DNA of 64,000 nt from an uncultured Anaerolineaceae bacterium (GCA_964528155.1 CAZGRL010000009.1:12035-76034), one strand, 5' to 3'. Numbered from the stretch's first letter, positions 1-9,278 are shown. The notes: generated from the sequence alone by a model not told the origin. A program made the numbers and translations.

Positions 1-513
1 CGCGGCGCGATATTGGTCGGCGGGATATGCGATCATCCGGCGCCCCTGCACCAGGCCACGGAGCTTTCCGCCCGGGGCATTGTCCTGGGAGGGCTGTCGT
101 CCGATCTGATCCCCCTTGCAGCCCGGCTGCCCTATCCGGTCATCGTGACTACCGGCTTCGGACCGCTGCCGCTCGACACGCAGACCTTCAGGTTATTGAG
201 CAGCAACGCAGGCCGAGAAGTGGCGCTTGATGCGCGTAAGAACGACCCGCTGACCGGCTCGAGGCCGGAGGTCGTTATCCCTCTGCCGCCGACGTCGGAT
301 GCAGATCTACCTGAAGATGTGATCCCTCTGAAGGAGGGCGTACGTGTTCGATTATCCCGCCACCCACACCATGGCGCGGTCGGAGTGGTCCGAGAAGTGC
401 TAGGAAGGGCGGCAGACTTCCCGAGCGGGATCCTCGCTCGCAGCGCCAGGGTCGATCTGGAGGGGGTTGGCTTGACGATCGTCCCGGTCGATAATTTGGA
501 GGTACTGCAATAA
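1..513 (+). CDS. C-terminal part of a hypothetical protein (5' end lies outside the window)
   Basis: Frame 1 is open from base 1 to the TAA at 511-513. The ORF track starts it at a TTG at 13, but no stop precedes that. Coding-like GC3. I recognise no motif. Confidence 0.5.
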   Translation, partial: RGAILVGGICDHPAPLHQATELSARGIVLGGLSSDLIPLAARLPYPVIVTTGFGPLPLDTQTFRLLSSNAGREVALDARKNDPLTGSRPEVVIPLPPTSDADLPEDVIPLKEGVRVRLSRHPHHGAVGVVREVLGRAADFPSGILARSARVDLEGVGLTIVPVDNLEVLQ

Positions 514-582
514 GCGGTGAGCCGAGGCCGCAATGGCCCGGCCATCCGAGAGGCCGAGCGTTGGCCGGAAGCGTGAGGAGAA

Positions 583-1158
583 GTGACCATGGCCGAAGAC
601 TTTGACATTGGTGGGGCACCACCCGAAGAACCGTCGAACCGCACTTTTGTGATCGCGGCTGCGGGGATTGGAGGCCTGCTCGTCCTGAGCATGATTTGCC
701 TTGCGCTATATGCCCTGGTGCTGGCGCCGGCTCAGCAAAGGAACCGGGCGGCGGACGCGACCGCGGTCGCGCTCCAGAACACAGAAGTGGCGCAGTCGAT
801 CACCCAGACGTCGGACGCGGCCCGGGCGACGCCCACGCGGCCGTCGACGGATACTCCGGTGCCACCCGCGGCGACCGTGACCCACACCCAGGTTGTGGTC
901 CTGCCGACAGACACGCCGACGGACACGCCGGAGGCGACCTCCACGTCGACTCCGTTCACCAATCTCGGGACCCAATCGGCGCAGCAGACGCTCGACGCCA
1001 GCGGCCAGATTACGTCGACTCCCACGCCGACAGCAACCGCATTGCCGTCGACGGGCTTTGCCGATGAGATCGGATTGCAGGGGTTGCTCTTGCTCGGGGC
1101 GGCCCTCTTGGTGGTGGTGGTCGTCGCACGCCGGTTGCGGGTCGGTTCGACCAATTGA
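583..1158 (+). CDS. Thr/Pro-rich surface protein with N-terminal membrane anchor and C-terminal LPXTG-type sorting signal
   Basis: GTG start 8 nt after GAGGAG. N-terminal TM segment (FVIAAAGIGGLLVLSMICLALYALVLA). Long T/P-rich linker. C-terminus is LPSTG, then a hydrophobic stretch (LLLLGAALLVVVVVA), then RRLR, the classic sortase substrate architecture. Confidence 0.65.
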   Translation: MTMAEDFDIGGAPPEEPSNRTFVIAAAGIGGLLVLSMICLALYALVLAPAQQRNRAADATAVALQNTEVAQSITQTSDAARATPTRPSTDTPVPPAATVTHTQVVVLPTDTPTDTPEATSTSTPFTNLGTQSAQQTLDASGQITSTPTPTATALPSTGFADEIGLQGLLLLGAALLVVVVVARRLRVGSTN

Positions 1159-1245
1159 GTGTCGCCCGACCGGTCCAAAGTCATCGCGGCCTGAGCCGAC
1201 AGGGTCAGTCAGAATCTGGCCCTGTCGGTTTATCATATATGCATC

Positions 1246-2565
1246 ATGATGAAGACACACCTCCCCTTCCGTGAATTGGCAGAGCGAGTCCTGGACGATC
1301 TGGCTCAGGGACTCAGCATAGCGATCACCGGGCTGAGCAACAGCGGCAAGTCCGATCTGATGCGGGGGCTGGCGCGCACCGACGTCCAAACGGAGTTCGC
1401 TGAACGACTCGGTCGGCCGGTGGCGCTGATCTATGTCGACTGCAACCGGGCTGTGGCTATCACGGCCCAGGCCTTCTATGAGGTTGTGCTGCGTTCGACC
1501 CTCGAATGGCTTGATCGGATCGAGTCAAACGACCTGGCCGCCACCTTGAGGGGCCGCTATCAATCGGTCACCGAGGCCGAAAACGCCTTTACTGCCTCGC
1601 TCTCATTCAATCTGGCTCTGTCGGAATTGTGTGAAGGATTGGATACTGCCATCATCCTTCTGTTCGATGAATTCGACGAGATCTACGGCGCGCTCGATGA
1701 GCGTGCCCTGCTGAACCTGAGGGCGCTTCATGATCGTTTCGCTGGACGCCTTTGCTATGTGACGGCAACCGTCCGCAATCTGCGCGAAATCCGGGGGGCG
1801 GCCGTGGAGGGCGAGTTCGCCGAACTCTTTACGCGCTCGACCTATCCCATGCCCCTCCTGACCGATGACGAGGCCAGGGATCTGCTGGATTCCATGCAGC
1901 TCGTCCCGGGCTCACAACGCCTGCAGCAGGCGTGCATCCAGCTCGGAGGCGGCCATCCCGGAGTGCTCGTGGCGGTCGCTCAGGCTTTTGGCTCGCTCGC
2001 TTCGGACTGGAAAGGTGACCAGCTGTTGCTCGCCAGCCAACGGCCGCAAGTGAGCGCCGAATGCCTCAAGATCTGGGGGCAGCTCACACCTGAGGAGCAG
2101 GCCGGCCTTGTGTCACTCGTCATCGAGGAGGAAGCGGGCCTGCCTCAGCCGCTGATGCGTCACCTCGAGCGATTAGGCCTGCTGAGGGATGGGAAGCCCT
2201 TCTCACCGCTGTTCACCCAATTCGTCGGCCGCCGCGGACGCGGCAAGGATATCGAGGCCGAAGGCGTGCACATGGACACCGACGCGGGTGACGTGTGGGT
2301 CGATGGGATACGCATCCCCGTATTGACTGACCTCGAATACCGGCTGCTCGAACTGCTCTACGAAAGACGGGACAAGCTCACCGACAAGTACCGCATCGTC
2401 ACCGCAGTGTGGGGCGAGGAGTATCTGGGGGAAGTCGACGATGCGCGTGTGGAAAAACTTGTAAGTCGGCTGCGCAGCAAGATTGAGGCCGATCCTTCTC
2501 AGCCCCGTTATCTGATCACGCAACGCGGGCGCGGCTACAAGCTCCTTTCACGCCCCGGATCGTAG
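1246..2565 (+). CDS. P-loop ATPase fused to a C-terminal OmpR/PhoB-type winged-helix DNA-binding domain
   Basis: Walker A-like GLSNSGKS and Walker B-like IILLFDEFDE. The C-terminal about 100 aa (LTDLEYRLLELLYERRDKLTDKYRIVTAVWG...VEKLVSRLRSKIE...YLITQRGRGYKL) matches the trans_reg_C winged-helix pattern. Confidence 0.7.
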   Translation: MMKTHLPFRELAERVLDDLAQGLSIAITGLSNSGKSDLMRGLARTDVQTEFAERLGRPVALIYVDCNRAVAITAQAFYEVVLRSTLEWLDRIESNDLAATLRGRYQSVTEAENAFTASLSFNLALSELCEGLDTAIILLFDEFDEIYGALDERALLNLRALHDRFAGRLCYVTATVRNLREIRGAAVEGEFAELFTRSTYPMPLLTDDEARDLLDSMQLVPGSQRLQQACIQLGGGHPGVLVAVAQAFGSLASDWKGDQLLLASQRPQVSAECLKIWGQLTPEEQAGLVSLVIEEEAGLPQPLMRHLERLGLLRDGKPFSPLFTQFVGRRGRGKDIEAEGVHMDTDAGDVWVDGIRIPVLTDLEYRLLELLYERRDKLTDKYRIVTAVWGEEYLGEVDDARVEKLVSRLRSKIEADPSQPRYLITQRGRGYKLLSRPGS

Positions 2566-2635
2566 TGACCGCGCACGAATAGCGGGGCTGCCGCGAGTCC
2601 CTACGCGCTCGTGATCTCTGGAAACGCCGTCTACG

Positions 2636-2835
2636 CCCCCATCCCCTCTGTCCCCCTCCCCCGGCCTGGCGCCGCGATTCCATGTTAATTGGTCTGCCGG
2701 GGGATGGGGATGAGGTTTTCCGGAGGGAGGGGGGCGGCATTGCCGCCCCCCTCCCTCCGGGGATTCCTCCCCCTCTCCGCCTCAGGGTCTTCGACTGAGC
2801 TCCAGGCCTCGGGGCGGAGAGGGGGCAGGGGGTGA
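2636..2835. repeat. Cluster of GC-rich inverted repeats (three large hairpins) in a convergent intergenic region
   Basis: CCCCATCCCC (2637-2646) pairs with GGGGATGGGG (2700-2709), and TCCCCCGGC with GCCGGGGGA. There is a perfect 19-bp stem with a 3-nt loop at 2720-2760 (CCGGAGGGAGGGGGGCGGC att GCCGCCCCCCTCCCTCCGG). CCCCCTCTCCGCC (2769-2781) pairs with GGCGGAGAGGGGG (2813-2825). Confidence 0.7.
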
Positions 2836-3003
2836 GGATGTGAGTCGCTGCAGACCGAGACTGAAGGGACCCCTTTCCGTCCGTGGTCAAAGACGCGATA
2901 TCCCACTCCCAGCGTCTATGTGGTCATCGAGAATTGGCCAACGTGCGGGCTCGGTGTGCGGAGAAAAACTCAGCACAAGGTGAGGGGAGCGAGACTGGGG
3001 CGA

Positions 3004-4461
3004 CTACGACTCGGACAACGATCGACCGTACTTGAGCAGTTCTTCGACCATCCCGGGCTCGGATGCCTCGGCATACACCCTCAGCACAGGCTCCGTTCCC
3101 GACGGCCGGATAAGGAGCCATGACTCATCTTCGAGGACGTACTTGACCCCGTCCAGACTGCTGACCGAGGATACATCCACGCCGCCGATCGAAGGCGGCG
3201 CCTGCATTTTCAGGCGTTCCACCATGCGCGGCTTCGACACCGGCCGTGCCAGACGCAAATCGAGGCGGGCGTAGTGTGCCGGGCCGACTTGTGCCAGCAG
3301 GTCGGAGACGAGCTCTTCCAGCGGGGCATCGAAGGCGGAAACCATCTCCAGAAGGAGCAGTCCCATGAGCACCCCGTCTCCCTCAGGGATGTGCCCGCGG
3401 AACGTCATTCCTCCCGACTCCTCTCCCCCGATCAGTACGTCGTCGTGCAGGATGTGATCGGCGATATGGTTGAAACCCACAGGAGTCTCGACGACTTCGA
3501 GGCCATAGCTTTCGCCGAGGCGATTGATCATCTGAGTGGTTGAGATGGTCTTGACCACCTTGCCTCGCCAGCCGCGCCGTTCGACGAGGTATTTCAAGCT
3601 CAAGGCCAGGATCCGGTGCGCGTCGACAAACTGGCCGCGTCCATCCATGGCCCCGATCCGATCTGCATCTCCGTCGGTTGCCAATCCGAGCTGGCCGTGT
3701 CCGGCGGCGATGCTCCCAGCCAGGGCACCCAGGTAACGCCCGATCGGTTCCGGGTGGATCCCGCCAAAGCCTGGGTTCATCTCGGAGCGGACCTCGAAGA
3801 CCTCGCATCCCGTCCCCTGCAAGATTCCCTTGATGAGTCCTCGACCGGATCCGAACATCGAGTCGACGACCACACGCATCGGATGATCGGTGATGGCGTC
3901 GAAGTCGATCAGTTTTCGCAGATGCTCGTAATATGCCTGGGTGGGATTAAAGCGCTCGAGCAGCCCTGCCGTGCGCGCCTGCTCGAAGTCCATCAGGTTC
4001 GGCCCCCGTCCACGCGCTTCGTTGTCGTTCAGATAAACCTCGACTCTGCGGCACTGCTCGGGGAGCGCCGAGCCGCCGTAGGTCGACTTCAACTTGACCC
4101 CGTTGTAGCGTGGGGCGTTGTGGGAAGCGGTGATCATGATCCCGGCGATCGCGCCCAGGTGCTTTACGGCGAACGACAGCGTCGGGGTTGGCACGTCGGC
4201 CATGGTGAGGTGGACCCGGTAGCCGTTGGCCGCCAGCACTCGGGCGGCTTCGACGGCGTAGCGATCCGACAGAAATCGAGTGTCAAAGCCGACGACCACG
4301 CGCCTTCGGTCGGGTGGTGCCTCGGCGTCGGCTTCTCCGTTCAGCCAATCTTCCGAGGCAACGGCGTCAGCGATTGCCTGGGAAATCAGACGCAGGTTGT
4401 GAAACGTGAAGGTGTCGGAGATGACTCCGCGCCATCCGTCCGTGCCGAAGTGGATTGTCAT
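3004..4461 (-). CDS. Phosphoglucomutase/phosphomannomutase family protein
   Basis: N-terminal FGTDGWRG, active-site loop TASHNAPRYNGVK, metal loop ATDGDADR, and sugar-binding GGEESGG. Confidence 0.85.
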   Translation of the reverse strand: MTIHFGTDGWRGVISDTFTFHNLRLISQAIADAVASEDWLNGEADAEAPPDRRRVVVGFDTRFLSDRYAVEAARVLAANGYRVHLTMADVPTPTLSFAVKHLGAIAGIMITASHNAPRYNGVKLKSTYGGSALPEQCRRVEVYLNDNEARGRGPNLMDFEQARTAGLLERFNPTQAYYEHLRKLIDFDAITDHPMRVVVDSMFGSGRGLIKGILQGTGCEVFEVRSEMNPGFGGIHPEPIGRYLGALAGSIAAGHGQLGLATDGDADRIGAMDGRGQFVDAHRILALSLKYLVERRGWRGKVVKTISTTQMINRLGESYGLEVVETPVGFNHIADHILHDDVLIGGEESGGMTFRGHIPEGDGVLMGLLLLEMVSAFDAPLEELVSDLLAQVGPAHYARLDLRLARPVSKPRMVERLKMQAPPSIGGVDVSSVSSLDGVKYVLEDESWLLIRPSGTEPVLRVYAEASEPGMVEELLKYGRSLSES

Positions 4462-4551
4462 CGATGTTCTCTTGGGCTGTGTTGGAGAATGCGATTCTAT
4501 CAGCCGGCCCAGGCGCGGTCAAGCCGGATCCGCCATGTTGGGACGCGCCCG

Positions 4552-5853
4552 CTAGGCGCGGTAGACCAGGCCGACCACGATGTCGTTCAGGTTCATTCCC
4601 GTCGGCCCGGTGCGGATCAACACTCCCAATCTTTCCAGGCAAGGATAGGCATTGTTGTCGGCAAGCGCAGCGTTGAGGTCGATGTTCGATTGTCTGGCGT
4701 GGGTTGCTGTCTCGCCGGTGACGATCGCGCCGGCGGCATCGGTTGGTCCGTCGACTCCATCCGTCGCAAGAGACATCAACGCCACGCGGGGTGATCCGTC
4801 GAGTTCGATGGCCGCAGCCAGGGCGAGCTCCTGATTGCGGCCGCCGCGACCGCTGCCCCGCACTCGAACTATTGTCTCGCCACCCATGATCAAACATGTC
4901 GGGCCGACGGCGCCAGCCATCCGGGATGCCATTCGGCGACCGACTTCGCGGGCCTCGCCGTGCATCTGTCGGCTGAGCACACGGACGTGGAAGCCCATCT
5001 CGGCGGCGGCTGCCTGGGCGGCTTCGATCACAATGCGATTGTTTCCGATGAGCAGGTTCATCGGGCGCGGAATGGGCGCGGGCTGCGCTCGGCCCGTGCT
5101 GAGCGCCAGGCGAACGCGCGCGGGGATCTTCTTCCATAGACTGTTTCGCTCGAGGATGCGCACAGCTAGGTGAGGCGATGGGGCTCGCAGCACGGTTGGG
5201 CCGGAGGCGACCGAGGAGAGCCGGTCCCCCACAACGTCGGAAAGGATGAGCGTCACACAGCGCGCCGGCGCCGCCAACCGGGCCAGGCCACCCGATTTGA
5301 CCCGGGAGAGAGCGCTGCGTACGACGTTGATCTCCTGGATCGGCGCGCCGGATCGGATCAAGGCTGCGTTCAAGGATTGCAGGTCGGCCAGGGTGACGCC
5401 GGGGATGGGTAGTTCAAGCATTGCTGAACCGCCGCCCGATACCAGAGTCAGCACGATATCTTCATCCGTCGTCTCGGCCAGCATCGCCTCGATCGCCCGA
5501 CCGCAGGCCAGGCTCCCCTCATCCGGCTCTGGATGACCGGCGGGGAAGAAGGTCATTCGATCCGGCGCTGGAAGCTTCGTCCCTCGGGGGACCGCCACAA
5601 TCCCGCGCTCGATCCGCGGGCCGAGGACTGCGGCCACAGCGGCAGCCATGGCTGCCGCCGCCTTCCCTAGGCCAACGACGAACAGGCGGGAGGTCGTGCC
5701 TATGTGGAAAGCACGATCCGCAGCGGTGAATCCATCATCCAGGGGGTGGAGATTGTCGGTAACCCTGCAACCGGCATTCGACGCCTGAAGGCTCGCACTC
5801 CGGATGCGCTCAAAGTGCTTCGCGTGCGACGTGTACCTGGGGTCGGCGGGCAG
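4552..5853 (-). CDS. Glycerate 2-kinase / hydroxypyruvate reductase family (DUF4147 + MOFRL); start codon uncertain, probably CTG
   Basis: The track ORF (4552-5649) begins inside the conserved VVGLGKAAAAMAAAV motif. The same frame stays open upstream with no ATG, GTG or TTG. GGAGAAAGGAG at 5871-5861 sits 7 nt before a CTG at 5853. Confidence 0.7.
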   Translation of the reverse strand: MPADPRYTSHAKHFERIRSASLQASNAGCRVTDNLHPLDDGFTAADRAFHIGTTSRLFVVGLGKAAAAMAAAVAAVLGPRIERGIVAVPRGTKLPAPDRMTFFPAGHPEPDEGSLACGRAIEAMLAETTDEDIVLTLVSGGGSAMLELPIPGVTLADLQSLNAALIRSGAPIQEINVVRSALSRVKSGGLARLAAPARCVTLILSDVVGDRLSSVASGPTVLRAPSPHLAVRILERNSLWKKIPARVRLALSTGRAQPAPIPRPMNLLIGNNRIVIEAAQAAAAEMGFHVRVLSRQMHGEAREVGRRMASRMAGAVGPTCLIMGGETIVRVRGSGRGGRNQELALAAAIELDGSPRVALMSLATDGVDGPTDAAGAIVTGETATHARQSNIDLNAALADNNAYPCLERLGVLIRTGPTGMNLNDIVVGLVYRA

Positions 5854-5905
5854 GAGATTGCTCCTTTCTCCCGCCAGGGAGGCTGTGATCTTGGCAGATC
5901 GGGGA

Positions 5906-7183
5906 TCAGGGTGTCGAAACGGATTGAGCCGCGGCCTGGGCGGCTTGCTCGGGTGTGGTCGCCCCGCTTAGGACGGATTCGACTGCTGCTTGAAGTGGCG
6001 GGCCGAAGGTGACCAGGACCTCATCAGGAGGCATAGCTCTCGACACACCGACAAGGCGTGTGGCGATCGATCGCTGCAGCCCGCCGGGCCATTCCTCGAG
6101 CGACGATCTGTTCGGAGGCAGCATTCCAAGTGTGCTGGTCCACGATCCCAGAAAGCTCGGCTCTTCGAGCCAGGCGATCAACTCGGCGGAAACCGCCTCG
6201 AGTTCAGGGTCCTGGGTGACGATGGCCCACGACCACGTTTGGGCGAAGCACACCCCAGCCCCACCTTTTGTCGGGAGAGGAAGTGCGGCTTGAGTATCGG
6301 AGTTGAACTGACCCAGAAACTGACTCAAGGGGGCGGTTGCAGAGACGGCCCGACCGCCCTGGAGCGCGCCCCATGTATCGCCGTCGGCGACAAACTGGCG
6401 GACTGAGAGCGGGATCACTCCGGCCGCTCGTGATGAGCTATAGAAGTTCAAGACTTCTGCCAATGCCTGCGGGTCGAGGGCAGGACGGCCGTTCTCGTCA
6501 CTTAGAGGACCCCCAAGGGAGACATACTCGGCCAGGGTGAAGAGCGCCGAAGGATCGCCGGCGGGGAAGACGAATGGAGCGGGTCCGGCCAGGATTTCAG
6601 CCCAGCTCAAGGGAGGCCGGGGATAGCGTGTCAGATCGTAGCCCAGAACTTCGGCATCGGCGGCGAACGGCAGGCCGAAGAGCTCACCATCTACGCGAGC
6701 GGTCCCAAGGGCATGTTCGTACCACTCCGGTGATGCGGGCTCGGGCACCAGATCATCCAGCGGAACGATCAGGCCTTTGATCGTCGCCGCTCGCAGCCCG
6801 GCCGGGTCGAGGCTGATCACATCCGGAAGAGCGGCCGGAGCCGCAACTGAGGCTGCGGCAAGGGTGTCGAGCAGACCGGACGGTCCGCTCGCGTCTTTCG
6901 TGCGCACAACGATGTGAACACGCGGGTGCGTGGCCTCGAATTCCGCCAGCCTGTCGGCGAGGAGTGTTCCGGCGGGTGAACCTGTGTCGGGCGAGAAGGG
7001 GGTGGCGATCCAAACGGTGAGGTTTTGGGGTGAAAGCGCGTCGGTGGGAGTCGGGGAAACCGCCGCCGGTGTCTCAGTCGCGTCTGCGGTAGGTATGGGG
7101 GTGTCCGGTGTGATCGCAGCCGATCCGCAGGCGGTGAGCAGCAGGGCAACGATGGCCGTCCACGAACAGATCCGCGGGTTCAT
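5906..7183 (-). CDS. ABC transporter extracellular solute-binding lipoprotein (sugar-type), orphan
   Basis: Lipobox LLLTACGS follows a signal peptide, with a family-1 SBP-like sequence after it. I prefer the ATG at 7183 because a TATAAT (7198-7193) lies 9 nt upstream. No permease or ATPase gene is adjacent. Confidence 0.7.
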   Translation of the reverse strand: MNPRICSWTAIVALLLTACGSAAITPDTPIPTADATETPAAVSPTPTDALSPQNLTVWIATPFSPDTGSPAGTLLADRLAEFEATHPRVHIVVRTKDASGPSGLLDTLAAASVAAPAALPDVISLDPAGLRAATIKGLIVPLDDLVPEPASPEWYEHALGTARVDGELFGLPFAADAEVLGYDLTRYPRPPLSWAEILAGPAPFVFPAGDPSALFTLAEYVSLGGPLSDENGRPALDPQALAEVLNFYSSSRAAGVIPLSVRQFVADGDTWGALQGGRAVSATAPLSQFLGQFNSDTQAALPLPTKGGAGVCFAQTWSWAIVTQDPELEAVSAELIAWLEEPSFLGSWTSTLGMLPPNRSSLEEWPGGLQRSIATRLVGVSRAMPPDEVLVTFGPPLQAAVESVLSGATTPEQAAQAAAQSVSTP

Positions 7184-7400
7184 CGTCCTGGAATTATACA
7201 GCCCGAACGTAAGCCAAGGCATGTCGGGCTGCATCCGCACAGCCTGGGGATCAAGTTGCAGGCTCGCCCGACCGGCTCACTCGCCGTCATATCAGGCTAT
7301 CCCGGTATGAGGTGAGGGGGAGACCGAGATGGGCTGTTCGCGGTCCGCTGTGTGACGGATGCAAGAGCGCGCCGGCGCGCCAAATCGGCGCGGGCGGTCA

Positions 7401-7409
7401 TGTTACAAT
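7401..7409 (+). promoter_or_regulatory. Extended -10 promoter (TGTTACAAT) for uvrC; predicted leaderless transcript
   Basis: TGT+TACAAT at 7401-7409 ends 6 nt before the uvrC ATG (7416). There is no Shine-Dalgarno sequence in between. Confidence 0.45.
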
Positions 7410-7415
7410 CCGCTC

Positions 7416-9278
7416 ATGTCGGCTGAGCACGACAGGATTCAGCCCATACTCGACAGCATCCCCTCCAAGCCCGGTTGCTACCTCATGAAGGACCGTGCGG
7501 GGAGGGTGATTTATGTCGGCAAGGCAGTCAACCTGCGCAACCGGGTGCGCTCATACTTCCACGCGTCCGTTGGTCACACCCGCAAGACGGCCGAGATGGT
7601 CGGTCATATCGAAGACATCGAGTGGATCGTCGTCGACTCGGAGCTCGAGGCGCTGATCCTTGAGATGAATCTGATCAAGCGTCATCGGCCGAAGTACAAC
7701 GTCCGTCTGAAGGACGACAAGCGCTACCCTTACGTGAAAGTCCACCTGGCCGACCCCTTTCCCAAGGTCACCGTCACCCGACGCATGGAGGATGACGGGA
7801 GTCGCTATTTCGGCCCGTACACAAGTATGTGGGCCGTGCACCAGACGCTCGACGTGCTGCGGAGGATCTTCCCCTATCTGACTTGTGATCGAGTGATCAC
7901 CGGAGAGGATCCCAGGGCGTGCCTGTACTACGACATCAAGCTCTGCCTGGCGCCGTGCATCGGCACCGTCGATCAGGCGGCCTATCGAGCAATGATTCAT
8001 GACCTGTGCCGTTTCCTGGAAGGCAACACCGAAGCGGTCGTGGCCGGCATGCGTGAGCAGATGAAGCAGAGGTCAGAGCGTATGGAGTACGAGCGAGCGG
8101 CGGCGATCCGCGATCAATTGACGGCGATTGAGAAAGTCGTCGAGGGCCAGAAGGTTGTCTCTCAGGATAAGGTCGATTCGGACGTGATCGCGTTCGCCCG
8201 GGATGAAAACGATGCCTGCGTGCAAGTCTTCTTCATCCGGGGCGGTAAGCTCATCGGCCGGGAGTATTTTGTGTTGGAGGGCACGCGGCAGGCGGACGAC
8301 AGAGAAGTGCTGGAAGCCTTTGTCAAGCAGTTCTACACTGAGGCTGCACAAGTGCCACAGCGCGTCCTGCTGCCGACCGAGATCGAGGAGAGCCGGATCA
8401 TCGAAGAGTGGCTCCGCCGCCGACGGGATGACCGAAAGGTGCAGCTCGTCGTGCCCAGGCGAGGCTCCAAACGCCAGTTGATTCAGATGGCAACCGAGAA
8501 TGCGAGCGAAACTCTGGCCTCGTTGCGCTCCCGCTGGGAGGCTGACCGGAGCAAGCACGTGCGCGCGCTGGCTGAGCTTCAAGAGGCTCTGAGTCTCCCC
8601 GTCCCGCCCAACCGAATCGAGTGCTATGACATCTCGAATCTGCAGGGGACAGCCGCGGCAGGTTCGATGGTGGTCTTCGAGCAAGGCGCTCCCAATCCGC
8701 GTCTTTATCGCAAATTCACGATCAAGAGCGTGCAGGGGCAGGATGATTTCGCCAGCATGGAGGAAGTGCTCGGACGTCGCCTGCGGAGATGGCAGAGTTC
8801 CCGTGAAGAGGCACAGAAACCCGGTGGGAAGATCGACCCCGCATTTGGTCGACTGCCTGACCTGCTCATCGTCGATGGAGGCAAGGGCCAGCTTGGACGG
8901 GCGATGAAGGTTGTTGAGTCGTTCGGCTCGCCTGGGCCGATGTCGGTCGCCGGCCTGGCCAAGAACCACGAGGAGATCTATCTCCCGGATCAGGCTGACC
9001 CGGTCATCCTCCCGCGCAACACCGACGGGCTGTATCTCGTGCAGCGTATCCGTGACGAGGCGCACCGCTTCGCCCTACGTCAGCATCGCACTCAACGCCG
9101 CAAGAGCGGACTGGCGTCTCAGCTCGACTCGATCGCCGGGATAGGGCCGGCCCGGCGTAAGGCCTTGCTGCGGACGTTCGGATCGGTCGAAGGGATTCGA
9201 CAGGCGCCGGTGGAAGATCTGATGAGCATTCCTGGAATCACCCGGGCCCTGGCGGAGCGCGTCAAGGCCGGCTTGTGA
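7416..9278 (+). CDS. uvrC: Excinuclease ABC subunit C
   Basis: GIY-YIG N-terminus (GCYLMKDRAGRVIYVGKAVNLRNRV), a UVR domain, an endonuclease V-like region, and a C-terminal (HhH)2 (IAGIGPARRKALL). The track's upstream ATG at 7359 lies before the promoter. Confidence 0.9.
   Translation: MSAEHDRIQPILDSIPSKPGCYLMKDRAGRVIYVGKAVNLRNRVRSYFHASVGHTRKTAEMVGHIEDIEWIVVDSELEALILEMNLIKRHRPKYNVRLKDDKRYPYVKVHLADPFPKVTVTRRMEDDGSRYFGPYTSMWAVHQTLDVLRRIFPYLTCDRVITGEDPRACLYYDIKLCLAPCIGTVDQAAYRAMIHDLCRFLEGNTEAVVAGMREQMKQRSERMEYERAAAIRDQLTAIEKVVEGQKVVSQDKVDSDVIAFARDENDACVQVFFIRGGKLIGREYFVLEGTRQADDREVLEAFVKQFYTEAAQVPQRVLLPTEIEESRIIEEWLRRRRDDRKVQLVVPRRGSKRQLIQMATENASETLASLRSRWEADRSKHVRALAELQEALSLPVPPNRIECYDISNLQGTAAAGSMVVFEQGAPNPRLYRKFTIKSVQGQDDFASMEEVLGRRLRRWQSSREEAQKPGGKIDPAFGRLPDLLIVDGGKGQLGRAMKVVESFGSPGPMSVAGLAKNHEEIYLPDQADPVILPRNTDGLYLVQRIRDEAHRFALRQHRTQRRKSGLASQLDSIAGIGPARRKALLRTFGSVEGIRQAPVEDLMSIPGITRALAERVKAGL

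Noticed and set aside
3616-4794. A 392-aa plus-strand ORF across the PGM/PMM and glycerate kinase genes.
   Set aside because: It is antisense to two motif-supported minus-strand genes and bridges their intergenic gap, which a real gene would not do.
8073-9065. A 330-aa ORF antisense to uvrC, with similar shadow ORFs at 34402-35229 and 45887-46516.
   Set aside because: Each lies opposite a gene with clear family motifs and has no features of its own.
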